A stretch of DNA of 55,624 bases from Candidatus Aenigmatarchaeota archaeon (GTDB lineage Archaea > Aenigmatarchaeota > Aenigmatarchaeia > PWEA01): NCBI GenBank assembly GCA_003553905.1, contig PWEA01000025.1, forward strand, positions 1 through 55,624, in the 5' to 3' direction. Below the pieces are notes generated by a model, which did not search any database, was not told the origin of the DNA, and saw only the letters and a list, made by a program, of their open reading frames with translations. Shown in pieces: positions 17,079 to 25,720 of the stretch. Position 1 is the first letter of the stretch, and each line of letters starts with the position of its first letter. The position numbers were made by a program, and so were the translations under genes.

Positions 17079-18983
17079 ATGAAGCAAAGTAAGCTCGAGG
17101 AGCTAAGGACATATCTTGAGCCCCTTAAGGAAGAAGCAGGTGAATACTTGAAGGCGGTGATGGTGGCCGGTTCTGCAGCCCGGAAGGAGATGGTAGAAGG
17201 TTCTGATATAGATATCTACGTAATTCTAGACGATACAAAGGAAGGTGCAGACAAGTCTGTGTTCATAAAAACAAAAAAGGTTTTAAAGAAAATACAGGAC
17301 GAATCTCCTGACGAGCTTGATCTTCATTTCCAGAAACCGAAGCCTCTTTCCAAATGGTGGGATTTAATCATATCAGGAGAACCGTGGGTAGTTACCTCCA
17401 TAAAGGAGGCACAGCCCCTCTACGATCCTTCCGACTACGTAACCCTAACAAAGAAGCTTGCAAACCAAGGCGATCTACATGGAACAGAGGAAAGGGCTAA
17501 GAAGTTGCTTGAAAGAGCAAGAGGTAAAATAGGGAAGGCAAAGAAAGTGCTTCTGGAAGAAATAATTACAGAAGTACTGAGGTCTATGACCGATTCAGCT
17601 CAAGCAGTCCTCATGTATAGCGGTTCTGCACCACCCTCCCCTGAAGATGTAGCAGACAAACTTGAAGAGAAGTTCATTGAAGACATGGACATACTTCCCA
17701 AGCAGGCCATAATAGACTACAAGCAGATATACAAGATCTCGGATAAGGTCAGCCATGGAACACTGACAGATATATCAGGCGAAGAGATCGAAAACTATCT
17801 CAGAAACGCCGGGAGGTTTGTAAAAACCATGGCAAGGCTATTCGATAAATTGGAGAAGGAAAAACAGGAGAACATAGTTAGCGAATCGCATGAAAAAGCT
17901 ATAGAACTTTGTAAAGAGGCACTAGCTCAAAGAGGTGCAGAAATACCCGAAAACAGAGAAAAGATTCTAGATAAATTCAGAGAAGTCTTTGTTGACAAGG
18001 GTCTTGTTAGCGAAAACTACTGGAAGCTCGTAGAGGGAATAGCAGAAAACAAAAGAAGGTTGGACAAAGAAGGTCTTGAGGAAATGTCCGAAGAAGAAGT
18101 GTACTCAACTAGGCTCTATGTCAGAGAGTTCAAATCAGCATTAGAAGGAGCAGTAATGGATGAAGAACTACCTGATCTGGAAAAAAGCATCACAGAAGAA
18201 GACGTCAAGGAAGATGAACCTGAGCTTGTTGAAGCAGCAGAAAGGGTAAGAGATAGACTGATTAAAGACCATGAAAAGGCCGTTAAGTCTATTTGGTTCT
18301 TGAGACCGGGTGAAATAAAAAGGGGTAGCAGCATGACCTTCATAATTCTTTACAACGACCTCGAGGCCGATGAAGATATAGATGATTTTGAGATGGCCGT
18401 CAAGAAAGTGGTCAAAAGTGTAAGCAACGAAAAGGGTATTGATATGGCCATTTCCTTTTACAAGCTTACAAACTACTGGAATGTTATAAGACATGGTTCT
18501 CCAATCACTTTTTCGGAAATAAGAAACGGTATATCCGTCTATGATCCTTCGGGTTTCTTCAAGCCTCTGAAAAAACTTCTGAAAAGCGGAAGGATACCAG
18601 GTTCAAAGGAGGCTATGAGGTCGCTTATAGCTACTTCACCAAGGCGTGTTTTAAAAGTAAAAAAGATTCATAAGCCCGAAGTAGTGAACCATATGTACGA
18701 TGCAGTAGTCGCCGCGGGACAAGCAGTTCTCATATCCGAGGGTGTGGCCCCACCCGTTCCAAAGAAACTTCCCGATGAGCTTAGAAAACATCTCGTGGAA
18801 TCGGACGAAATGCTTGATAAAGATGTAAAGAAGTGCGAAGAAATCATAGTAACCTGGAAAAACTATGAGCACGACAGAAAAGAAGAAATCCATGGCAAGA
18901 GGATAGATAAGCTTGTATCCATGGGCATAAGCTTCATAGATGAAGCAGAAGAGCTCATGGAGAAGAAGTTAGAGGGTATGTAA
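17079..18983 (+). CDS. Nucleotidyltransferase (MNT/Pol-beta)-HEPN-like fusion, internally duplicated
   Basis: GSAARKEMVEGSDIDIYVILDD; duplicated blocks LYDPSDY/VYDPSGF and AQAVLM..APPSP/GQAVLI..APPVP. Confidence 0.75.
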   Translation: MKQSKLEELRTYLEPLKEEAGEYLKAVMVAGSAARKEMVEGSDIDIYVILDDTKEGADKSVFIKTKKVLKKIQDESPDELDLHFQKPKPLSKWWDLIISGEPWVVTSIKEAQPLYDPSDYVTLTKKLANQGDLHGTEERAKKLLERARGKIGKAKKVLLEEIITEVLRSMTDSAQAVLMYSGSAPPSPEDVADKLEEKFIEDMDILPKQAIIDYKQIYKISDKVSHGTLTDISGEEIENYLRNAGRFVKTMARLFDKLEKEKQENIVSESHEKAIELCKEALAQRGAEIPENREKILDKFREVFVDKGLVSENYWKLVEGIAENKRRLDKEGLEEMSEEEVYSTRLYVREFKSALEGAVMDEELPDLEKSITEEDVKEDEPELVEAAERVRDRLIKDHEKAVKSIWFLRPGEIKRGSSMTFIILYNDLEADEDIDDFEMAVKKVVKSVSNEKGIDMAISFYKLTNYWNVIRHGSPITFSEIRNGISVYDPSGFFKPLKKLLKSGRIPGSKEAMRSLIATSPRRVLKVKKIHKPEVVNHMYDAVVAAGQAVLISEGVAPPVPKKLPDELRKHLVESDEMLDKDVKKCEEIIVTWKNYEHDRKEEIHGKRIDKLVSMGISFIDEAEELMEKKLEGM

Positions 18984-19096
18984 TACTTGTTCCCATCGAA
19001 GTTTGGATCGAATTCTTGTTATATTCTATAATCCTGCTACATTTTAAAAGTCGAGGTCCTAAATATTCCCTATGAAAAACTATCACTACAAGATGG

Positions 19097-19702
19097 ATGA
19101 AGCCCGTGATTCTCATGTTTGAAATACTTTTGGATCTTTACGACTTAAAGGATGAAAGAAGAACAGGATGGGAACTACGAAGAATAGAGGACCCCGAAAC
19201 TGTCGCTGGACATTCCTGGGGTGCAGCAGTTCTAACTTTTCTCTACGGCCAAAGAGAAGAAATAGACATAGATAGGGCCATTAAAATGGCCCTGGTACAC
19301 GATATGGCAGAGTACGACACAGGCGACTTTCCTATACGTGCCGATTCACAGGCAAAACAGATAGACAGAAACAGAAAGAAGAAGATGGAAAAAGAGGTAA
19401 TGAAAAGACTGGACAAAAAAATCGACAGAGAACTTGTTTTGAACCTATGGGAAGAGTACGAGAACAGTGAAACGAAGGAAGCAAGGTTCGTGAAGGATAT
19501 GGATATGGTGGATATGTGTCTTCAGGCGTTAAAGTATGAAAAAGACGGTAGATACGATAAAAACGAAGAAAACCCCAACTTCATGGAATATGAGAGGCTT
19601 GATGAGTTCTTTGCAACAACAAAAGACCGTATAAGCACCGAAACAGGGAAAAAGCTCTTCGAAGAAATAAAGAAAAGATATACGAGACTCAGGGAAAAGT
19701 AA
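19097..19702 (+). CDS. HD-domain phosphohydrolase (YfbR/HDDC2-like 5'-deoxynucleotidase)
   Basis: RTGW, ETVAGHSW, ALVHDMAE and EARFVKDMD motifs. Confidence 0.9.
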   Translation: MKPVILMFEILLDLYDLKDERRTGWELRRIEDPETVAGHSWGAAVLTFLYGQREEIDIDRAIKMALVHDMAEYDTGDFPIRADSQAKQIDRNRKKKMEKEVMKRLDKKIDRELVLNLWEEYENSETKEARFVKDMDMVDMCLQALKYEKDGRYDKNEENPNFMEYERLDEFFATTKDRISTETGKKLFEEIKKRYTRLREK

Positions 19703-19799
19703 TATCTATCTACGTGGATAAAGGCTTCCTTTGTTTCTTGCTTTAAACTTTCTTATGGAACCGGGAATTATTTTAAAGTGGGATAATAAAGAAGTATGC

Positions 19800-21080
19800 A
19801 TGAGAAAACACATCGACTTTATACGCACCCAGTCAAAGAAACACACAAAATGGTTCTCCAATTCTCTTCCTATGATAGCATCGGAAAACATAATAAGCCC
19901 TCTTGCGAGGGAAATGATGCTTTCGGACTTCCAGGACAAGTATGCAGAAGGTCCAGTGGGTGATAGATATTATGAAGGGAACGAATACGTAGACAACGTA
20001 GAGAGAAGAGTGAAAAAGCTTGCAAGAGAGACCTTTGATGTGGATTACGCAGACGTAAGGCCGCTTTCAGGAACAAATGCTAACCAGGCTGTTCTCATGG
20101 CCCTCGGAGGCCCAAATAAAAAGATAACAGCGCCGGATGTATCCGATGGAGCGCATATCAGTAGTGCTAAGTTTGGATCCGTAGGATTCCGAGGCATGGA
20201 ACCGGAAACGTATCCGTTTGATGTCGACGAAATGAATCTGGACATAGAAGGAACCAAGAAGCTGATAAGAAAGGAAAGGCCTGATATAGCACTTTTCGGA
20301 CGATCGGTTTTTCTCTTTCCTCCACCACTAGACGAGCTAAAAGACGTGTTTGAGGAAGTTGGATGTAAAGTATGGTACGATGGAGCGCATGTACTGGGCC
20401 TTATAGCCGCTGGAAAGTTCCAGAAGCCTATGGAGGAGGGGGTAGATATAATGACAGGGAGCACCCATAAAACGCTACCGGGACCACAGAAGGGAGTTGT
20501 ACTTGCAAATCCTGCAAATGAGGAAGAGAAGGAAAAGCTTTCGGCTGGTGTTTTCCCGGGTGTTCTTTCCAACCACCACATGCACTCTGTAGCCGCGCTA
20601 GGAATAACACTGGCCGAACAGAGAAAGTTCGGGGAAAAATACGCAGAACAGATAATAAAAAATGCCAAGGCCTTGGGACAGGCTTTGTACGAAAGAGGAA
20701 TAGATGTCCTATGTGAACACAAGGGATTCACAGAATCACACACACTGGCAGTGGACGTTCAGGAACATGGAGGCGGTGGAACACTTGCAGAAGCCCTGGA
20801 AGAAGCCAATATAATAGCAAACAAAAACCTTATGCCATGGGACGATGTAGAGAGCGCAAAGGAGCCGAGCGGCCTCCGATTCGGGAGCCAGGCGCTGACA
20901 CGACTCGGCATGAAGGAAGGTCATATGGAAGAAGTTGCAGAGCTCATAGAGAGGGTGGTTGTAAACAGGGAGAAGCCAGTGAAAATAAAGGAAGATGTAA
21001 AGGCTCTGCGCGAAGATTTCCAAGAGATTCATTACTGCTTCGATGGAGGAGAGAAAGGCTTACATGGAATGGGGTATTAA
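19800..21080 (+). CDS. glyA: Serine hydroxymethyltransferase
   Basis: IASEN, RYYEG, YDGAH, STHKT (PLP lysine) and SGLRFGS motifs; start approximate. Confidence 0.96.
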   Translation: MRKHIDFIRTQSKKHTKWFSNSLPMIASENIISPLAREMMLSDFQDKYAEGPVGDRYYEGNEYVDNVERRVKKLARETFDVDYADVRPLSGTNANQAVLMALGGPNKKITAPDVSDGAHISSAKFGSVGFRGMEPETYPFDVDEMNLDIEGTKKLIRKERPDIALFGRSVFLFPPPLDELKDVFEEVGCKVWYDGAHVLGLIAAGKFQKPMEEGVDIMTGSTHKTLPGPQKGVVLANPANEEEKEKLSAGVFPGVLSNHHMHSVAALGITLAEQRKFGEKYAEQIIKNAKALGQALYERGIDVLCEHKGFTESHTLAVDVQEHGGGGTLAEALEEANIIANKNLMPWDDVESAKEPSGLRFGSQALTRLGMKEGHMEEVAELIERVVVNREKPVKIKEDVKALREDFQEIHYCFDGGEKGLHGMGY

Positions 21081-21099
21081 ATGAATTAATCTTGTGATA

Positions 21100-21939
21100 T
21101 TAGGAAGTTATATCTTCAGATTTTTCCAGTAGATCCTTAGACAGGCTTTCATAATGTTCATCGTCCTTTAAAATCTGTTCCATTTCTTTCTTGAAATGTT
21201 CCTCCTTTTCTTCCATCATTTTCTCTACTTTTTCTTCCTCAGTGCCTCTCTTTTCATCGTATTTATCTTTTAAACAACTCACATAATCTCCGATGCCTGG
21301 GGAAGAGCTTTTCCATGTTTGCTCCAAACTTTCCCAAGTATTCTCCTCCTCAAGCGACATATCATCTCTTACTAAATACCCCTTTAAACTGGCATATGCT
21401 TCGTCAAGAGTACTCATAACAATCCCACATAGATCCGCTCTAAAACCCTCTTTATAGACACCCTCAATTTCATGTTCTCTTAAGCCATCTTCATGTGTCT
21501 TCAGATGTTCATATTCGTGAGCAATATGCTCTATAATATTGTTTATATACCTTGCCTTAATTTTTTCAGCAACCTCTTCCACTTCTTTACTTCCTGAGAG
21601 ATCACCAGCCTCATAAAGCTCCATTAAAACATCAAACTCAAAGGACAATTGCGCGTTTTGTTTAGTCTGATTTCCCCTCGCCCCGTATTTATTACTTCCG
21701 GTTCCCTTGAGCCTGTGCTGACGGATCTCATTCGCTGCATCATTTTCCTCAACAATTTCAGAGCTAAGCACAGAACTGGAAATTTTAGTTTCCCTCTTTC
21801 CCAATCCCTCAAACGCATTCATCTTAGCTGTACTATGAAAGACCTTTATTTTTCCCTCTTTCCTTTTGTATATTCCGCCAACAGTTCCTTTGTATTTCTC
21901 AAAATCTTCATCTGACAAGCTTTCTCCATACATTAGCAT
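21100..21939 (-). CDS. Hypothetical protein with HExxH (zincin-like) motif
   Basis: IAHEYEH followed by a downstream EAYA; frame stays open upstream to about 22023. Confidence 0.55.
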   Translation of the reverse strand: MLMYGESLSDEDFEKYKGTVGGIYKRKEGKIKVFHSTAKMNAFEGLGKRETKISSSVLSSEIVEENDAANEIRQHRLKGTGSNKYGARGNQTKQNAQLSFEFDVLMELYEAGDLSGSKEVEEVAEKIKARYINNIIEHIAHEYEHLKTHEDGLREHEIEGVYKEGFRADLCGIVMSTLDEAYASLKGYLVRDDMSLEEENTWESLEQTWKSSSPGIGDYVSCLKDKYDEKRGTEEEKVEKMMEEKEEHFKKEMEQILKDDEHYESLSKDLLEKSEDITS

Positions 21940-22135
21940 TTGAAAATTCCCATCCTCTGAAATTTTCTCGTAAAAACCCTTTTTTCTCAGCTTTTCGATT
22001 ACTTCGTCATCATAGTCCGGAATGTTATCACCAAGTAATAATTACATAATATACTATTTAAAGGTTATCGTTATGGAAGATATCGATTAGTACCTTAAAC
22101 AAAGGCTTTTAAGCTAATTTCTTTAAATAAAGCCT

Positions 22136-23281
22136 ATGCTAAAACCGGATTACTCGGAAAAGTGTGTTACAAAAATAGTTCCCACAGTAAAACACATTCT
22201 AGGATTGGACTCCGAAGAAAGTTTGATAGAAGAAAGGTCTGACAAGGTTCTTCTTGTGGTTATAGACGGTCTTGGTTACGACAAACTTATGGAATTAATT
22301 GACGAGGACGAGAATCTAAAAGAAACAATAAAAATGTTCAACGAAGAAAAAATCACCACGTCCTTTCCAACATCCACTGTCCCGGGACTTTTCTCAATAC
22401 TAAGTGGTAAGCCACCGGGTAAACACGGACTTCTGGAGTGGGTTTCTTACAACAATGAGCTCGGAGTGAGATATAAACCATTACCTTTCGAAGCTGTGGA
22501 AGATGAAGATAAGGAAAAATTTGGAGAAACTGTAATGAAGGAGGATATATGGCCGGAAACTATTCAAGATATGCTGTCCGGTGAGATGGAAACTTATCAG
22601 ATACAACCCAAGAAAATAATAGACGACGAAGAGAAGTACCGGAAAGGGTATGGAAACCTTGTCGAGGCATTTGTAAAGACAAGTAAAGCTGTAAAAAAAG
22701 AAGACAAGAAATCTTTCTACTATCTCTACATAAGTGCCCTGGATACATCCAACCATGAAAACGGTCCCGATGAAGAAGAATCGGAAGAACTTGTTAAGGA
22801 GATATTCAGACTCATGGAAAAGTACATACTGAAAGAATTAGATGACTTACATGTAATTGTAACCGCGGACCACGGCTTCATGGATATACAGGACAAAGTA
22901 GACATGAAGGAAGAGGGGGAACTTTACAAAAAGATATCGCCATATTTAGAAACACATCAAGACAAGGAAATAAAACCTGTGGGGGCACCCAGAATGGTAA
23001 ATTTCCATGTAGAGAACGATAAAGTAGAAGAATTTATAGATATACTGAACGACGAAATTGACGCTGATTTTAATCTAATAAAGACAGAAAAATTACTAGA
23101 AGATGGGTTTTTCAGTGAAGGTGAATTATCAGAAAAATTTGTAGAAAGTCTTGGAAATGTGACCCTGATAATGACAGGTAACTCCATAATAACATTTGAA
23201 CCATACGACGACTACGAAGGAATGCATGGCGGTTTAACAGAAGCAGAGTTGTATGTGCCTTTCTTATCTAAGAGGCTTTAA
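22136..23281 (+). CDS. Alkaline phosphatase superfamily (nucleotide pyrophosphatase/phosphodiesterase-like)
   Basis: VVIDGLG, FPTSTVP, GxPPGKHG, DxxxH..GP, TADHG and GMHGG motifs. Confidence 0.9.
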   Translation: MLKPDYSEKCVTKIVPTVKHILGLDSEESLIEERSDKVLLVVIDGLGYDKLMELIDEDENLKETIKMFNEEKITTSFPTSTVPGLFSILSGKPPGKHGLLEWVSYNNELGVRYKPLPFEAVEDEDKEKFGETVMKEDIWPETIQDMLSGEMETYQIQPKKIIDDEEKYRKGYGNLVEAFVKTSKAVKKEDKKSFYYLYISALDTSNHENGPDEEESEELVKEIFRLMEKYILKELDDLHVIVTADHGFMDIQDKVDMKEEGELYKKISPYLETHQDKEIKPVGAPRMVNFHVENDKVEEFIDILNDEIDADFNLIKTEKLLEDGFFSEGELSEKFVESLGNVTLIMTGNSIITFEPYDDYEGMHGGLTEAELYVPFLSKRL

Positions 23282-23342
23282 TATAACATCTTAGTAAATA
23301 TTTTTAAACTCTGAAGTTCATGCATGTGGTGTAATACGAAGA

Positions 23343-23456
23343 GGGCCGGTAGTCTAGTGGCTATGACGCCACCCTTACAAGAACCCTTCAGAAAAACGTT
23401 CATTTGAGGGGAGCAAAGATAGGTGGAGATCGCAAGTTCGAATCTTGCTCGGCCCA
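23343..23456 (+). tRNA. tRNA-Val(TAC) with 41-nt canonical (37/38) intron at 23380-23420
   Basis: GGGCCGG/TCGGCCC acceptor stem; CCACC-CT-TAC-A[intron]A-GGTGG; intron hairpin CCCTTCA/TGAGGGG. Confidence 0.92.
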
Positions 23457-23477
23457 TCACAAAAGGAGGTGATCGAA

Positions 23478-23639
23478 GTGTTAATTGTTAAGAACGCTGT
23501 AAAAGAAGCTGCAGGTGACAAGAACGTTAGCTCTGACTTTTACGAAAAACTTGATGAAGAAGTAAAGGAACTCATTGGAAAAGCAGTAGATAGAGCTGAA
23601 GCAAACGGAAGGAAAACTGTACAGGCGAGGGATCTATAG
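23478..23639 (+). CDS. Small archaeal histone-fold protein (DUF1931-type, 53 aa)
   Basis: GGAGGTGA SD then GTG; LIVKNAVKE..NVSSDF..RAEANGRKTVQARDL carries the RxTxxxxD histone motif. Confidence 0.9.
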   Translation: MLIVKNAVKEAAGDKNVSSDFYEKLDEEVKELIGKAVDRAEANGRKTVQARDL

Positions 23640-23690
23640 GAGATCTCATCCCTTTCCTTTTTATTTTTTCGGTTACAGAGTTAGATGTAC

Positions 23691-23805
23691 GCTCCTGTAG
23701 TCTAGTCCGGTCAAGGATACTGGCCTTTCGATTCCGAAAGGATTGAGCCGAAATGGCGATGAAAGAAGAAAGCCAGTGACCCGGGTTCGAATCCCGGCGG
23801 GAGCA
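23691..23805 (+). tRNA. tRNA-Glu(TTC) with 40-nt canonical intron at 23731-23770
   Basis: GCTCCTG/CGGGAGC acceptor stem; CTGGC-CT-TTC-G[intron]A-GCCAG; BHB central helix CTTT/GAAG. Confidence 0.92.
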
Positions 23806-23848
23806 TTCCAGTTTAAAACTTTAATATATAGGTATTCTTAACCTACGT

Positions 23849-24283
23849 ATGGTTGAAATTCTTGATTTGGAGGATGACAGCCACAGAAAGATAATAATCA
23901 TATTAACACTGTTGATGATAGCTCTTATCCTTATCTTTTTTGCATGGAGCTACAGCATAGTAGAAAGAAATGTACTTCGCTGTAGTTGGGAAAGAATACC
24001 GCATGCAGTTCACTCCTCGGATCAAAATGTCGACTCAAACATAACCGCAAAGAATGCGTTCTTGGAATTTAAAGATGTGCCTTCGGAAGCATCTATCGAA
24101 ATTCGTGGTCTAGGTCCCTCTTTCTGGGAAATAGAAATAGTCAAGAACGACGTGATCTCTCAGAAATATGGAATCAATTCCGCGGGCAACATCTATCGAT
24201 ACGAAGAAAACTGTGTTGAAGTGAATAAAACCTTAACAGAAGGTATGGACGATATGTTCGGACGGTTTAATGAAAGTTTATAA
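23849..24283 (+). CDS. Membrane-anchored hypothetical protein
   Basis: One N-terminal TM helix; TATA-like TTTAATATATA upstream. Confidence 0.6.
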   Translation: MVEILDLEDDSHRKIIIILTLLMIALILIFFAWSYSIVERNVLRCSWERIPHAVHSSDQNVDSNITAKNAFLEFKDVPSEASIEIRGLGPSFWEIEIVKNDVISQKYGINSAGNIYRYEENCVEVNKTLTEGMDDMFGRFNESL

Positions 24284-24313
24284 AATTCAAAAACTAAGAT
24301 GTACTGTTCAAAG

Positions 24314-24419
24314 GCGGGGGTACCCAAGTGGTCAAAGGGGCTAGATTCCTGCAAAAGGAAAGCCAAGCTTAGGACCTAGTGGTTTAGTACCTTCGCAGGT
24401 TCGAATCCTGCCCCCCGCA
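24314..24419 (+). tRNA. tRNA-Leu(TAG) with 22-nt non-canonical intron at position 30/31 (24345-24366)
   Basis: Aligns with the intronless tRNA-Leu(CAG) at 32556. Removing ATTCCTGCAAAAGGAAAGCCAA restores the CTAGG/CCTAG stem. BHB motif is clear. Confidence 0.92.
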
Positions 24420-24474
24420 TATCATTCTAAGTAAGAATAAAACCAAGCGTCTAGTCTTTATAACCGATTTGTCA

Positions 24475-24792
24475 TCAAGGATATGGATAGGGTTCATCAG
24501 GAAGCTCTACTCTAACGTCGTCTAACACAAGCTCGTAGCACTCTCCATCTAATCTGATGTCTGAACCATCGCTGTAGACATCGGACTTGGCACCCAAACT
24601 CATTGTGTCTATTGTCCTTACTTCCGGATTAACATGTCCTCTATCCTCGTAGAAAATTCCTCTTTTCTCGGCCCGTAGGACTCCAAATCCAATGTCAATC
24701 TTCTCACCTTCAGTCACCCTAATAGAACGGCTCTCATTTCCTTCGGTTATTTTCACACGGTAGTCTTTTAAATCTCCATCTTTTTTCTCCAT
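24475..24792 (-). CDS. Hypothetical protein
   Basis: 105-aa ORF filling the gap, with SD-like GGGGT and an upstream TATA-like box. Confidence 0.55.
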   Translation of the reverse strand: MEKKDGDLKDYRVKITEGNESRSIRVTEGEKIDIGFGVLRAEKRGIFYEDRGHVNPEVRTIDTMSLGAKSDVYSDGSDIRLDGECYELVLDDVRVELPDEPYPYP

Positions 24793-24897
24793 TTTACTGA
24801 CCCCAAGAACTTGCTTGTGGAGAAAGCTTTTATACTTTTTCGTACTTCATAATTCCATAAATTTATATAGGTCAGGGTGAATTTTTTAACAGGTAAC

Positions 24898-25545
24898 ATG
24901 GACGTTCTAGAAGCTATATTACGGAGAAGAAGCATCAGAAGATTCAAAGAAAGAAATATAAAAAAGGAAGAGGTTGCTGAAATACTCAAAGCCGCAAGAT
25001 GGACTCCTTCCGCCGGAAACAGGCAGCCTTGGGAAATAATAGTCGTGAGGGATCGGGATTTAATCGAGGAACTCGCGGAAATATCCCTCGAACAGGACTG
25101 GATGAAATCCGCTTCTCTGATTTTCGTAGTTTGTTTAAACGAGGAGCTAGCGGAAGGTAGCTACGGCAAAAGAGGCGTAGAAGTTTATGGAATGCAGGCA
25201 ACGGGAGCTTTAATTGAAAACATGCTCCTGAGAATTACAGAAATGGGACTTGGAGCATGTTGGGTAGGATCATTCGACGAAGACCGTGTGGAGGATCTGA
25301 TAAAAACACACGAAGAAAAGGTCCGACCGGTTGCAATGATACCGGTTGGTTATCCAAAGAAAACCCCAGGCCCACCACCAAGAAGAGAAATCAATGCCTT
25401 TTCACATGTAGACGAATACAAAGGAAAAAACCTTAGAAACTGGAGAGGACTTGTAAAGTGTGTAAAGAAAGCAAAACTCGAAACTAAAAGATTTATGAAC
25501 TCTCTGAGAGAAGACTCAGAAAACAACAGCAATAATCAGGAGTAA
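24898..25545 (+). CDS. Nitroreductase family protein
   Basis: RRSIRRF, PSAGNRQPW, GLGACWVG and PVGYP motifs. Confidence 0.93.
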   Translation: MDVLEAILRRRSIRRFKERNIKKEEVAEILKAARWTPSAGNRQPWEIIVVRDRDLIEELAEISLEQDWMKSASLIFVVCLNEELAEGSYGKRGVEVYGMQATGALIENMLLRITEMGLGACWVGSFDEDRVEDLIKTHEEKVRPVAMIPVGYPKKTPGPPPRREINAFSHVDEYKGKNLRNWRGLVKCVKKAKLETKRFMNSLREDSENNSNNQE

Positions 25546-25611
25546 AGCTCCCACAGCTACAGATATTTTTCTATTGTGTTTTTGAAATCCCTTGGAGATT
25601 GTTTTTTTCAT
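25516..25611 (-). CDS. Possible 31-aa membrane peptide downstream of ftsZ
   Basis: MKKTISKGFQKHNRKISVAVGALLLIIAVVF; basic N-terminus plus hydrophobic C-terminus; overlaps the nitroreductase 3' end on the opposite strand. Confidence 0.3.
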   Translation of the reverse strand: MKKTISKGFQKHNRKISVAVGALLLIIAVVF

Positions 25612-25628
25612 GAATATCATTTAGAAGT

Positions 25629-25664
25629 AGAAAACGGAAGGGCGAACTCAGGTCCGCCCTCCCG
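25629..25664 (-). terminator. 13-bp hairpin plus U-tract after ftsZ
   Basis: Minus strand CGGGAGGGCGGAC-CUGA-GUUCGCCCUUCCG-UUUUCU; two G.U pairs form only on the minus strand. Confidence 0.7.
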
Positions 25665-25667
25665 GTT

Positions 25668-25710
25668 GTGGGGTGTGGGGGTGTGTGGAGGTGAATTAAA
25701 GTGGGGGTGT
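25668..25710 (-). repeat. C-rich ACCCC(C)AC repeats in ftsZ 3' trailer
   Basis: Plus strand GTGGGGTGTGGGGGTGTGTGGAGGTGAATTAAAGTGGGGGTGT. Confidence 0.8.
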
Positions 25711-25720
25711 TAGAAAGTGC

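Noticed and set aside
17079-19702. tRNA-Ser-adjacent NT-HEPN and HD genes as an integrated defence island
   Set aside because: No integrase or duplicated tRNA 3' end was seen, and codon style looks native
23278-23477. ORF 23278-23460 and the N-terminal extension of ORF 23445-23639
   Set aside because: Both overlap tRNA-Val; the SD supports GTG 23478 as the histone start
23731-23770. Hammerhead ribozyme or complete C/D guide RNA in the tRNA-Glu intron
   Set aside because: No CUGANGA core, and too short for terminal C/D boxes plus guides
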